DNA of 64,000 nucleotides, taken from assembly GCA_964016885.1 (NCBI GenBank), contig OZ024740.1:402690001-402754000 (forward strand), given 5' to 3'. Below, in pieces: positions 1 to 12,342 of this stretch. Source of the DNA: Eledone cirrhosa (Eukaryota). Below the pieces are notes generated by a model that worked only from the letters and a program-made list of their open reading frames with translations, was not told the origin of the DNA and ran no database searches. A program made the position numbers and the translations under genes. Each line of letters opens with the position of its first letter. Position 1 is the first letter of the stretch.

Positions 1-65
1 TTGGAAATCTTAACATAGAACGAAGGAATGGAGAATGTTTCCTATGATATGCATATATATATATC

Positions 66-441
<376 letters not shown>

Positions 442-672
442 GTGACCACATGGTCACGGGCAGAAAAGCTTTATCTTAGACTTATTTGATCAGGGCTAAG
501 CTGGTGTTAAAAAACAACAATGCGACATTGCAATTACTTGTATTCAAGTTAACCATAGGATGTGTAACATACATGTTGAAACAAGTGTCTTCAAATGTAC
601 TATGTCCTAATTATGTACAAATTAATTAGCATCATCTGCGTTCACAGAGACAGATGTTATCTGCGTGAACCA

Positions 673-811
673 ACAATTCCGCGCAGGACAACTCAGTGCC
701 GACAATTCAGCGCCGACAATTCAGCGCCGACAATTCAGTGCATGACAATTTAGCGCAACGACAATTCAGCGCATGAAAATTTAGCGCAAGGACAATTCAG
801 CGCAAGGACAA
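673..811. repeat. Minisatellite, ~14-16 bp unit (GACAATTCAGCGC(C/AT/AAG)) x ~9
   Basis: Directly visible tandem units. Resembles subterminal repeats of DNA transposons but no TIR partner was found. Confidence 0.85.
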
Positions 812-1490
812 TGCAAAACGATATATAATGTGTGTGTGTATATATATATATATATTTAAAAAAGGAAATAGAATGACTTCACTTGTGGTTCCAAATAATT
901 TATTTTCTTCAAAAATCCAAAGGTTTACAATTTGAAATTTTTAAAGAGAGCTTGTGATGAAATTCTTAAGCAAAGATTTTTCTTAAGAGAAATATGTGTA
1001 GAAGGTGTATTTCTGAGCAGCGCATTAGGGGGTACAATTTGTTTGGGTCACTTAAGCTTGGATTCTTTTGTTCAAAAGAATGTGTCCCTAGCAATTTTTA
1101 GTACCAAAATCGAATTTGTGTGTGTCTGCGTGTGTGCGTAGGTAGTTAGTTTCTCAGTAGGAAAACAGAATAAAGGATTTTCCACTCGCTATCTCAACTC
1201 ACTACTACCACCAACCGCTTTCAACACTCCCCCATTGCTACACATATTAAAACCCCACCCACTCACAAACACACCAAATCCATTTATATAGAACTACACA
1301 GCACATACAAATCAGTTTGAAGACCGCGATTCAGCGAGAAAGTTCTTCACACACACATTATTTGTGGTACTTCCTTTTTAGGAATCCGGTTGGTTACTGA
1401 GTATGGAAATCGAGCCGATAAGTTGGAGTACTTGCGCACTCTAAGTTACCAAATTGAACTACAGAAGTAAATTATTATTAATATTTCTTT

Positions 1491-1631
1491 AGGGTGGGGG
1501 ATTGGCAGTATCGGTAGAGAGTCGGACGCCCTGATTTCCAGCATAGTTACGTCTCTTTACAGTCTGAGTTCAAATCCCGCCGAGGTTTACTTTGCCTTTC
1601 ATCCTTACGGGATCGATAAAATAAAGTACCA
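1491..1631 (+). mobile_element. tRNA-derived SINE (family A), 3'-truncated by the HHR tandem array
   Basis: Head GGATTGGCAGTATCGG, B-box GAGTTCAAATCCC and central GCCTTTCATCCTTACGGGATCGATAAAATAAAGTACCA match the full copies at 30698 and 63170. Confidence 0.85.
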
Positions 1632-1746
1632 TATAAACGGCTGTTATTTCTAGCAGAACGAGTATGCGGCAACTAGAAACTGGAAAACCATGTGCGTTAA
1701 ACAGTCTTTTTAAAATATTTTGAAGTGAAACATACCAATTGTTCAG

Positions 1747-1874
1747 GGTACTTGCTGAGGAGAGCTGAACGGGGTATTTTTACACTTTTTCATTTCGAAA
1801 CTTATTTGGATTTTGAAGTTTAAACTTATCTACGGAACAGGTTTGATTTTGAAATTTAAATGGGTCCAAGTACC
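1747..1874 (+). ncRNA. Type I hammerhead ribozyme, monomer 1 (predicted cleavage after C1866)
   Basis: Stem I GGTACTTG(1747-54)/CAAGTACC(1867-74); CUGAGGA 1755-61; stem II GAG-TGAA.../...TTCA-TTC; GAAA 1797-1800; 27-bp stem III with a cUACGg loop; GUC 1864-66. Confidence 0.85.
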
Positions 1875-2281
1875 ACGGCCATTTGCCAATATCGTTTGTT
1901 TTTATTGATTTATTATTTTAAATCGAGACAGGCAAACTGTATTATTATAATTAGTATTTTTCAATCTAGCTAACTTAGTCATTTACAATACAAACACTTA
2001 TATGTTGGTATTTGTGTTTTATCATATATATTAATTTATATTAACTTGTATTACACGGCTCATAAATACTTCTTTCTTTGAGCTATTTCATTTTAAAGGA
2101 CTGCGTGAGTTTAGAACTCATTATTCTTAGTATCACTGCTCCTTATGTAGAGCTAACTTTAGCCCCATATAAACGGCTGTTATTTCTAGCAGAAAGAGTA
2201 TGCGGCAGCTAGAAACTGGAAAACCATGTGCGTTAAATTGTCTTTTTAAATATTTTGAAGTGAAACATACCAATTGTTCAG

Positions 2282-2405
2282 GGTACTTGCTGAGGAGAGC
2301 TGAACGGAGTATTTTTTCACTTTTTCATTTCGAAACTTGGATTTTGAAATTTATACTAATCTACGGAACAGGTTTGATTTTGAAATTTAAATGGGTCCAA
2401 GTACC
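2282..2405 (+). ncRNA. Type I hammerhead ribozyme, monomer 2 (cleavage after C2397)
   Basis: Same core as monomer 1, with a 4-nt deletion in the 5' strand of stem III. Confidence 0.8.
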
Positions 2406-2811
2406 ACGGCCATTTGACAATCTCGTTTGTTTTTATTGATTTATTATTTTAAATCGAGACAGGCAAACTGTATTATTATAATTAGAGTTCTTCAATCTAG
2501 CTAACTTAGTCATTTACAATACAAACACCTATATGTTGGTATTTGTGTTTTATCATATTATTAATTTATATTAACTTGTATTACACGGCTCAGAAATACT
2601 TCTTTCTTTGAGATATTTCATTGTAAAGGACTGCTTGAGTTTAGATCTCATTATTCTTCGTATCACTGCTCCTTATGTAGAGCTAACTTTAGCACCATAT
2701 AAACGGCTCTTATTTCTAGCAGAACGAGTATGCGGCAGCTAGAAACTGGAAAACCATGTGCGTTAAACAGTCTTTTTAAATATTTTGAAGTGAAACATAC
2801 CAATTGTTCAG

Positions 2812-2939
2812 GGTACTTGCTGAGGAGAGCTGAACGGAGTATTTTTTCACTTTTTCATTTCGAAACTTATTTGGATTTTGAAGTTTAAACTTATCTACAG
2901 AACAGGTTTGATTTTGAAATTTAAATTTGTCCAAGTACC
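2812..2939 (+). ncRNA. Type I hammerhead ribozyme, monomer 3 (cleavage after C2931)
   Basis: Same core; GG>TT change near the base of stem III, GUC retained. Confidence 0.75.
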
Positions 2940-3195
2940 ACGGCCATTTGCCAATATCGTTTGTTTTTATTGATTTATTATTTTAAATCGAGACAGGCAA
3001 ACGGTATTATTATAATTAGTATTTTTCAATCTAGCTAACTTAGTCATTTACAATACAAACACTTATATGTTGGTATTTGTGTTTTATCATATATATTAAT
3101 TTATATTAACTTGTATTACACGGCTCAGAAATACTTCTTTCTTTGACCTATTTCATTGTAAAGGACTGCTTGAGTTTAGAACTCATTATTCTTAG

Positions 3196-3259
<64 letters not shown>

Positions 3260-3407
3260 CATATATATATATATATTTTTTTTTTAATGTTTAAAGAAGG
3301 TTCAATGAATAAATCAAAGAATGAATTTTACAATAGATTGGAAGCACTCAACAATTTGACTGAATCTTAACCATCTACTAATTCAGGGTATGTTATGCAT
3401 CATCTTA

Positions 3408-3470
3408 TTTTATCTTATGAGGACGTACTGTTGAAGATAGCTCAGTACCTCTGAAATATGTATAATAAAA
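3408..3470 (+). ncRNA. Degenerate minimal type I hammerhead in a (TA)n-flanked Penelope-like 3' fragment (~3290-3520)
   Basis: TTTTAT-CTTATGA (G5>T)-stem II GTACTG/CAGTAC-GAA-ATATGTAT-A-ATAAAA. Same layout as the intact motif at 25426-25496. Confidence 0.55.
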
Positions 3471-4565
3471 AAATATACTTGATCACACGAATGTCTATTG
3501 TTGTTAATATTTTGAATTAATATATATATATACATCAAAAGAGATCGATATTAAATTTATAACGATCGTGTGGTTCAATGATTGCTCCATGAGAGAATCG
3601 AAGCTAAAAGTCCAACACCTCAACTCTCTTGCACACTTCCAATATCATAGAAATCTACATAACTAATATTTTGCAGAGAAACACAAAACATAGGGACAGA
3701 ATTATATATATTTTATACATGTATGTATGTGTGTGTGTGTGTGTGTTTTAGTCTGTGTTTTAGTCTGTGATTATTGCTAAGCTGTAATTCGACACCACCT
3801 ACAAACTATGAATCCATAATTATATCGAGATAAATCGCATATGTTTTATCGTTGAAGTCAATGTATCTACTTTACTCCTTTACTCAAGTGAATATTTCAA
3901 TACGTTCGTGTATTTCTTAATGCCCACTACTCATTGTTATGCTTTTTAAATATTCTTTGTTATTCAAATCACACACCTCCATTACTCGACTTCATAGTTG
4001 TCCTTCTGTATGTTATCGATCTCAAATGATCTCTGCTGAATGCTGAATACTGTATACCGTTTTCATTTTATCGTTGTAAGGCGGTTTATATTAAGTTATA
4101 TTTAAATATTATTTACAGTTCAGCAGCCACAATGTGAGTTGTTTGTGTATATGGGCGTTGAATCATGATAATGATCCTGGGAAGATGTCAACAACAGATA
4201 AACTTAGTGTAAGTATTAATGAGTTGAATAAAATAAATAAAATAGTACAGCATACATTTACAACAATTCCAAGTGATTCATTAGTTTAATCTCTTATGCA
4301 TCACTTCATAAGTCATAGTTATCACTACTCTAATATTTCTTAGACATTAATTTAATTTTGTTTTCATTAGAATGGATGTTTGTCGGGTTGTTGGTTTTAG
4401 TGTCTTCTTCAAATATAACGGCCAAAGAAGAATAAATATTAATATTCAATCACAAAAAGTTATGGAAGTCATTATCTAAAAATATACATACATACACACA
4501 TACATGCTTTTATGCTTACACGCACACACACACATACACGTATAATATATATTATATATATATAT

Positions 4566-5416
4566 ATCTCACACACATCGACACGGTCTGTACCTCTCTC
4601 GCTCATGAAATCCACCCAGATTATGCTGACCGGACAACCATGTTGCTTGTTTATTTTCCTATCTTCGATTTGCTTTTATCCTTCTATGTTGTTTACTTGT
4701 CCCCCTCGCTTTACGCGAATTCTGGTCCCAATAACATTTTTTAGTTATTGCTCGCACCAACCTGAGGTATCTGATTTTTAATGCGATGAAATACCAATGA
4801 TGGTTGGAAAATCACTGACGAAGGACTATTTTTTATCATATGTAACCCATGTGCAAACCACGCAGTATTCTTCTTCTCATGTTTTTTATATATATTTACC
4901 TCGGCTGCGTTTGTCTGTTTCTCTGTTACTGCTTCCCCGCTCTCTCTGTTTCTCTCACCTTCTTTCGCCCCCTCTGTCAGTTACACTTTCTCTCGACTGA
5001 CCTCTTCCTCACACTTCCACTCACTCACTCTCAGTTTCTCCCCTTCTCACTTCCTCCCGTTTGGCTTGTGTGGGTCTCTTCTTGCTTACATCTCACACAC
5101 ATCGACACGGTCTGTACCTATCGCGCTCATTAAATCCACCCAGCTTATGCTGACCGGACAACCATGTTGCTTGTTTATTTTCCTATCTTCGGTTTGCTTT
5201 TATCCTTCTATGTTGTTTACTTGTCTCCCTCGCTTTACGCGAATTACTGGTCCCAATAACTTGTTTTAGTTATTGCTCGCACCAACCTGAGGTATCTGAT
5301 TTTTAATGCGATGAAATACCAATGATGGTTGGAAAATCAATGACGAAGGACTATTTTTATCATATGTAACCCATGTGCAAACCACGCAGTATTCTTCTTT
5401 CTTCTCATGTTTTATA
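4566..5416 (+). repeat. Direct tandem duplication (~325 bp; 4566-4890 and 5090-5416; period 524 bp), Penelope pLTR-like
   Basis: Near-identical copies, each ending in a TA run. A 40-bp piece of the same family lies on the minus strand at ~12200-12240. Confidence 0.75.
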
Positions 5417-5546
5417 TATATATATATTTTTTTTTTTTTCTTTAGAACTGCTGGACTGGCAACCTGACAGATACCTCAGGCACTGATGATGATTATCGCT
5501 AAATACTGATGTTGGTTAGATTATCAATATTAGTATTATTGGGGCA

Positions 5547-5673
5547 CCCACTGATGAATTATAGGAGCCCACTTGAATATATATCTATTGATGGTATACA
5601 AGCTCCTACATAAATTGGTATAATTTAACCCAAATTGTAGGAATCCTATAATGAAACGAGACGTCCGTCTGGG
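5547..5673 (+). ncRNA. Type I hammerhead ribozyme with long stem II
   Basis: CCCA-CTGATGA(5551-57)-ATTATAGGA...TCCTATAAT-GAA-ACG-(AGACGTC)-CGT-C-TGGG. Lies in a ~400-bp segment ending in (TA)n. Confidence 0.8.
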
Positions 5674-6344
5674 AAGAGATATATTCGATACGCCTCATAT
5701 GAAATAATACAGCCAATTTTCCACGCAATACTTTTAGTTAGCACCCCGAACGCATAATGAGGAATATAATCACTTATTTCCTAATGTTTGTTGAGTGAGT
5801 TGGAATTTGGCCGGAGTATCGCTAAAAAGCTTTCTCCGATATATATATATATATATATATATAATGTCTGTGTATGTTTGTATGTGTTGGTATATATTAT
5901 ATGTCGAAATTATTTTAAAGATTTTCTTCTTTCAATCCATGAGGTAGAATAATTGTGGAGTACCACGTTAAAATTATTTCGACAATAGTACTTATTTTGT
6001 TGTCTGGTACATATTTATCGACCGGAAAGAATTAAACTCAACTGGTTTTGAACTCAAAGAACAGAAAGCCTCAATACATAAAACAACACCTTGTGTGTCC
6101 TCCAATGGTCTATGAATTCTCTTAATATATAAACCAGAAACGAAAGATCTATTTAACATATATTGTGAGGTGATATTTTAATACGCCCTAATGATTAGCT
6201 GGAACTTACCGTTACGTAATATTACAGAATAGAGGAAGCTTTTTTCCTGTTTACTAGTAAAATGTGAGTAACGATATAAGCATAAACTTATTTCCGAGTT
6301 AAAGTTATATATATATATATATTATAGTTCTATCACTTGATCCT

Positions 6345-6476
6345 AGCTATTGAAAGGCTGACGGCTGGCGCCGTTCGATTAATAGCAGCGGGGGACGACT
6401 GCCCCGTAGCATTTCCAGCTCTGACTAATGTGAGAACAGTGATTCCTTGTTCTTTGCTGGAACAGGTGAAAAATAT
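6345..6476 (+). repeat. Unclassified dispersed repeat (copies at ~43382-43540 and ~43720-43840)
   Basis: Shared TATTGAAAGGCTGACGGC ... TGGAAC ... CAGG(T/C)GAAAA(A)TATA. Confidence 0.6.
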
Positions 6477-6591
6477 ATATATATAATCCTTTCATTTCAG
6501 GGGTCTCTTGAGAAGCCGATAGCCTCACGGTCCTTAATACACTTTCGCTACGAAACAGCGCAGTTTTCTCTTCACATTTATAATTGATATA

Positions 6592-7722
6592 TCTGTATAT
6601 ATATAAAATTAAGTATGTCTGTGTGTCTGTGCATTACCTATAGGAGCCTACATCTTACGACCGATTTTCATGAAACTTTACGGGGAGTGTTTTCTATATA
6701 TCAGCGTATCGTTTCTTTATTCCGGGGTCATTCTGCAGATAAAAATCGATAGGGGGTCACCTTTTTTTAGGTATCGAAAAATAAGATTTTTGGCTCTAGC
6801 TCCCACATTTTACCACCGATTTCGTTTAAATTTTAAAGCAAAATAGAGTTTATCATTTTACATCCTGTAATGGCTTTCTATTTTGCAATTGTTGTTCAGG
6901 GACGGCGTGGCATCCGCTTAAATATTCAAAAGTACCACTTTTAGACTCAAATTTCCACTTTTTCGGCTCTAGCTCCCACATTAATCAAGGTTGTTCAAAT
7001 TTTGCACTACGCTAGATCTGATTATTTTACGTCTTAAAGTGGCTTTACAATTTGGATTTTTTGTTTAGGAAGGGCGTGGCAGCCGCTTAAATATTCGAAA
7101 ATACCACCTTTTCGCTCAAATTTCCGCCTATCGGCTCTAGCTCCCACATTTTTCAACCGTTTTCGTTCAAATTCGAAACTTCGGCTCCACCTCACACATA
7201 AATCAATTTATTTGGTTCAACTTTTATACTTCGATAGAACCTATCATTGCACATCTTATAGTAGCTTTACACTTTGCATTTTTTGTTCAGGGACGGCGAC
7301 CTATCATTAGCTCCCACATTTTTCAACCGATTTCGTTCAAATTAGAAACTTTGGCTCCATCTCACACATAAATCAATTTATTTGGTTCAACTTTTATACT
7401 ACGATAGAACCTATCATTGCACATCTTATAGATGGTCAAAGGCAAAACGTTGGCCACTGACGTCGTCTGAGCTTTTAGTTGTGTATTTGAGAATTCATCG
7501 GTTTCAATCAAGTAGCGTGAGGAAATTTAGCTTAATGTTAGAGGTCATTACCTCCCTCCCCCAGCATGCCCCTTCGTCAGTCACCCGCGTTTCTCAGTGA
7601 TAGAGGTCATCACCACCCTCCCCCGCATGGCCTGTGTGTGGCCATAGATTAGTCATCGAGAAGCAGTCGCTAAGATCAACACCTTTTCATCAAAGCAGAT
7701 ATTATTTTACCTACCCAGGCAA
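6592..7722 (+). mobile_element. Non-autonomous Helitron-like element with internal tandem repeats, 3' hairpin truncated
   Basis: 5' TCTGTATATATATAAAATT...GTCTGTGTGTCTGT and ACCGATTTTCATGAAACTTT typical of such elements (recalled). Repeated GGCTCTAGCTCCCACATT at ~6792, 6965, 7133 and partially at 7308. Ends CCCAGGCAA + (TA)n. Confidence 0.55.
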
Positions 7723-8380
7723 TATATATATATACATATATATAGATATATATAGATATATACATATATATATATATATGGATGTATGTATGCTTGCATG
7801 TATGTATGTGTGTATAATTATATATGTGTGTGTGTGTGTGTGTCTGTCTGTGTAGGTGTATGTGTGTGTGTATGTATTTATGTATGTATCGTTGTGAATA
7901 TATTAATAATCCTGTAAGATTATCAATGTTTGGTTTCGTTTCTGTTGTTTATAAATACATATTCGTTCGATTGTAAAATATGTTCCGTCTCTTGCCGCAT
8001 AATGGCGTAAAATGAAATATCACATATTCATTTGAGAAGCCTATGAATAGAATAATTAATTAGTTGTTAATTGCATTACAAAGAAATACCTGCATAAAAG
8101 AGGGAAAATAAACAATATTTGATTTCATCTGATTGATTGATCTAAATTTCGAAAGTATATAGCCAAGTTTCACATCTCCAGATGATAGTTTTTTAATCAC
8201 TATCGGGATTATGTAATGCACCAATAGTCTAACATATTCGTTGTGAAGCAAAAACTATCAGAAATAAATGATATTTAGTGACAGCTTATAGAAATATCTT
8301 GTTTAAAATATGTTTACCTTGATATGCTTACAGAAGATGAATATCATATTTATTGATATTGAATGTTTCGTCTGTTGTGA

Positions 8381-8495
8381 AGGCGCCTCGCTTATTGGTA
8401 TAAGAACTGGATTCGCAATCGTGAGATTGTCAGTTCGATTCCTGGACCGGGCGATGCCTTGTCCTTGAACAAGACGTTTTATTTCATGTTGCTCC
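8381..8495 (+). mobile_element. tRNA-derived SINE (family B), degenerate; related minus-strand copy ~20040-20200
   Basis: tRNA-like head with B-box AGTTCGATTCC followed by GTCCTTGAACAAGACG. Confidence 0.55.
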
Positions 8496-10036
8496 TTCTT
8501 CTACCTGGAGTTGCGACCGATAGATAGTACTAGCAATTGGAAAGACCAACGAAAACATTGTTTCCTCGGTCCGATTTGGCGAAAGTCGATCGACAATTTT
8601 TTTTTTTTTTAAGGTGAAAATCTCCTCTGTTTTTTCCTATTTTTAGGGTGAAAATCTCCTCTAATTTATTAATATCGAAATTATTTGTTAGAATAATGTT
8701 TTCAAGTTAATTTTATAGATACAATTATAATTATATATTTATGCTCTATTAAAGAAACAATAATGGTTTGTTTATTGCTTAATTTTAATGTTACAAATAT
8801 GTAAAACATCTTCACATAGGCATCAGATTCAGTTTGCTGCATTTAACGCCGTATTTCTATTCATATATATGATGAGAATCGCAGTGTTTTGACTCTTATG
8901 CACTTCCCAATTCGGTTAGTCATCAGTAGATTTGATTTGCTAGAAATATCATCATCGTACCTACTCACAAATAGGAAAAATATAGAAAATAAAAGAAGAG
9001 TAGCGTGATCGCCCTTTCTGCAGGAAATAGCTGACCAATCAGTTTCAAATAACAACCTAGCTTTTAAGAAAAAGCAAGATAGCTATAGGTGAAACGATAT
9101 TTATTATCGGTGTCCTCAGTAAATGGATTATATAGAGTAAACACAACAGTAATAAGAGTATTTGGTAGAGACCCATCTATTGCTTACTACTAATTCTTTA
9201 TAGTTAAACATTTTGAAGAGAACCACGGCAACCAAACACCAGGCTAAATGTGTTAAAGTATTTAGTTACACCATATACCACTTAGACTTTCATTACTTCA
9301 ACGTTGATGTAATAGATATCAGATATACACTGCGAGGTACGCAATCGAATATGTCCCTTCAACATTGAAAACAAAATTAAGTATGAAATCATTATTAATT
9401 GCTTTCGAGCTGATAAGTTTAATTATTTTTCTCAACTCAGGTTAGATATGAATCGCTCCTCTGTCAGTAACAATTTTGAAATGTTACTGGCTATTTAGTG
9501 AGATTTGATACATTTTCGTAAATCTGAAAGTTTATTTCCGCCAGAGGCGACTGATATTTAACTAACGGAATTACTTACACACCAAACATCTATTTGTCTA
9601 TAACTTGACACATTGAAATAAATTCATACGAACATTTTACGCACATTTACCTAAAAGCAAATGCACACTTATACATCGACGCTTAAACATACGCCCATAT
9701 CTATATAATCCATACGTTCTGCGATATAAGGCATTCTATTTCTTGTACTCTAGGTACCAAAGCTACAATTGTGGATCATTCATTCGGATATCCCCCCCCC
9801 CCAAGAACGAAGCTAAATGAGGCCCAAATATGTGTTTAGACAGATATCCTACAGAATCGTAAAAACGTCAGATACCATGCTGTATGGTATTCGGTCTGGT
9901 TCTCTGAGATCTCAGTTCGAATCACGCTGAGGTCAACGTTTATGCTTTTATCCTTTCGGCGTCTATATGTTAACTACCAGCACTGAGTCGCTTCATCTTT
10001 GTCTTTCTTACTCTTTTCTGTCACTTTCCCTTTCTT

Positions 10037-10108
<72 letters not shown>

Positions 10109-11083
10109 TCTCTCTCTCACTTACTCACTCACTCACTCACTCACTCACCCTCTCTCTCCCTCTCTTTTTCACACTTTGTCTCTCTCTCTCCCTCTCTTTC
10201 TGGAAGACGTCGTTTGTGAACTGACGTGTAAAATGTATCTATGCGTGTGTGAGTTGTGTATTCTTGCCAAATAGTATGTGTTATTGTTTATTTTTACATC
10301 AAAATTGTGGTGCAAGTTGTAATAGATTGGTTAATTTAGCTATTCTGGATTGAGGTATGTGTTTCGTCTGTGTATGCATGCGTATGTATGTCGAATGTTG
10401 TGTGTCTGTTTGTATGTAATTGTCTGTTAGATGCGTACGTGTGTTATTATGTCAGGAGTTACGTCTCTGCGCTTTTATGTTAAGTATTGCGTACTGAATT
10501 TTAATCTGTTGGTAATTTGTTGGCTAAGCCTAGCTAATATTAATCCTTCTTTGATTCTAGGGTTAGCTAAGTTCCTCCCCTGGCATTATAACTAATTGTT
10601 ATGTCTTTGTTGTTGTTTTTGCATTTGTCGAAATGCCTCTTGTGTGTGTGTGTAAGTAAAGAATGCATGTATTTACATACAAGCAAACAAAAGTACAACT
10701 GAGAAATGTTTTATATCCTACTTCTTAGTTTCTACTAGGGAAATGGCACTGACACATATATTTGAATGCGGTAACCTAATAGACCTTCTTGAAATACCGA
10801 ACACATCATACATATACTTTACTTGAAACATTACATTTTCTGTTAGCTAAAACCATATGCGCGTTTCGTTGTTTAAATTGATTTTTCGTTTTATATATCT
10901 TCGAATAAATAAAGGACATACATTTTAGTTCCTTACAGAGTTATTACCAGTCGTTATTTTTACATTTTATCGTAGAGGAAAAGAAATTGCTTAAGTTTCG
11001 AATAGTCAATCTATAAATTTGATTCGTGTGGAGCTACATTTTTTTTTCTTTATTTTGCTTTTATATATATATACATATATATC

Positions 11084-11153
<70 letters not shown>

Positions 11154-11171
11154 GAGAGAGTGAGAGAGAGA

Positions 11172-11268
<97 letters not shown>

Positions 11269-11271
11269 TCG

Positions 11272-11368
11272 AGACATATCTGAGGATCTTGCGATTTCAG
11301 AGTCAGGTTTGATCATTGCATCGATCGTGCCTCGAGCTGGTCGCCAGAAAAACGATTGTAATATGTCT
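11272..11368 (+). ncRNA. Type I hammerhead, G12>A variant (probably inactive)
   Basis: AGACATAT-CTGAGGA-TCTTGCGA...TCGCCAGA-AAA-ACGATTGT-A-ATATGTCT (8-bp stem I). Confidence 0.65.
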
Positions 11369-11411
11369 AATAAATCTTATTCGTAGCACCACTGACTCTC
11401 CGTTTCTTATG

Positions 11412-11481
<70 letters not shown>

Positions 11482-11524
11482 CATAAGAAACGGAGAATCA
11501 GTGGTGCTACGAATAAGATTTATT

Positions 11525-11626
11525 AGATATATTACAATCGTTTCTCTGGCGACCAGCTCGAGGCACGATCGATGCAATGATCAGATCAAACCTGACTCTG
11601 AAATCGCAAGATCTTCAGATATGTCT
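11525..11626 (-). ncRNA. Type I hammerhead, intact core
   Basis: Minus strand: AGACATAT-CTGAAGA-TCTTGCGA...TCGCCAGA-GAA-ACGATTGT-A-ATATATCT. Confidence 0.75.
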
Positions 11627-11987
11627 CGATTCCCACAAGTGCAGAGAGATCTCCAGATATAATGCAATGTCTGTGCCGTGAAGCTTTTATAGTGAGAAAA
11701 GGCACTGCACAAAGCCAGTCCCACTCTCTTAAACAAGATGATATTTACCAAAAAGAGAACAAGTCAACATCATTGGATACCATCAGGGTTGCAGGTGTTA
11801 TATCAGAGTTTTCCTTCTCCTAGAATTCTGCCTTGACAAAGGCTAAGGGGTCATCTCTCCCGGTGATGTATGTATATATATATACATACATACATATATG
11901 TATACATATATATATGTATGTATGTATGTATATGTATATGTATATATGTATATATATATGTATACATATATATATATATATATAGAC

Positions 11988-12048
<61 letters not shown>

Positions 12049-12089
12049 TGTATGTATATATATATGTATGTATATATATATATATAGAC

Positions 12090-12130
<41 letters not shown>

Positions 12131-12237
12131 TGTATGTATATATATATGTATGTATGTATATATATATATGTATACATATATTTATATATATATTTATATA
12201 TGAATAAAGTTAGTCCTTCATCAGTGATCTTCCAACC

Positions 12238-12287
<50 letters not shown>

Positions 12288-12342
12288 GTATATATAATTT
12301 GTGTATATATAATTTGTGTATATATAATTTGTGTATATATAT

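Larger units (their letters stand above)
1629..3199 (+). mobile_element. Tandem array of ~2.9 x 530-536 bp non-coding monomers, each with a type I hammerhead ribozyme (candidate non-LTR retrozyme)
   Basis: Units start CCATATAAACGGCT at 1629, 2165 and 2695. Each has stem I GGTACTTG/CAAGTACC, CTGAGGA, GAAA and GTC. The array ends in (TATC)n(TA)n. Confidence 0.85.
11267..11631. mobile_element. Tail-to-tail inverted pair of a hammerhead-bearing element around a (TA)n tract; minus copy extends to ~11865
   Basis: 11267-11413 is the reverse complement of 11479-11631. Confidence 0.85.

Noticed and set aside
673-811. CRISPR-like short repeat run
   Set aside because: Units are contiguous with no unique spacers, there are no cas genes, and the context is eukaryotic.
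2200-2439. 79-aa ORF in the tandem monomer as an encoded peptide
   Set aside because: The frame is broken in units 1 and 3 by the 4-nt indel, and it overlaps the ribozyme.
4757-4807. Active hammerhead
   Set aside because: Core is CTGAGGT, stem III is weak and a G sits at the cleavage position; at best a dead relic.
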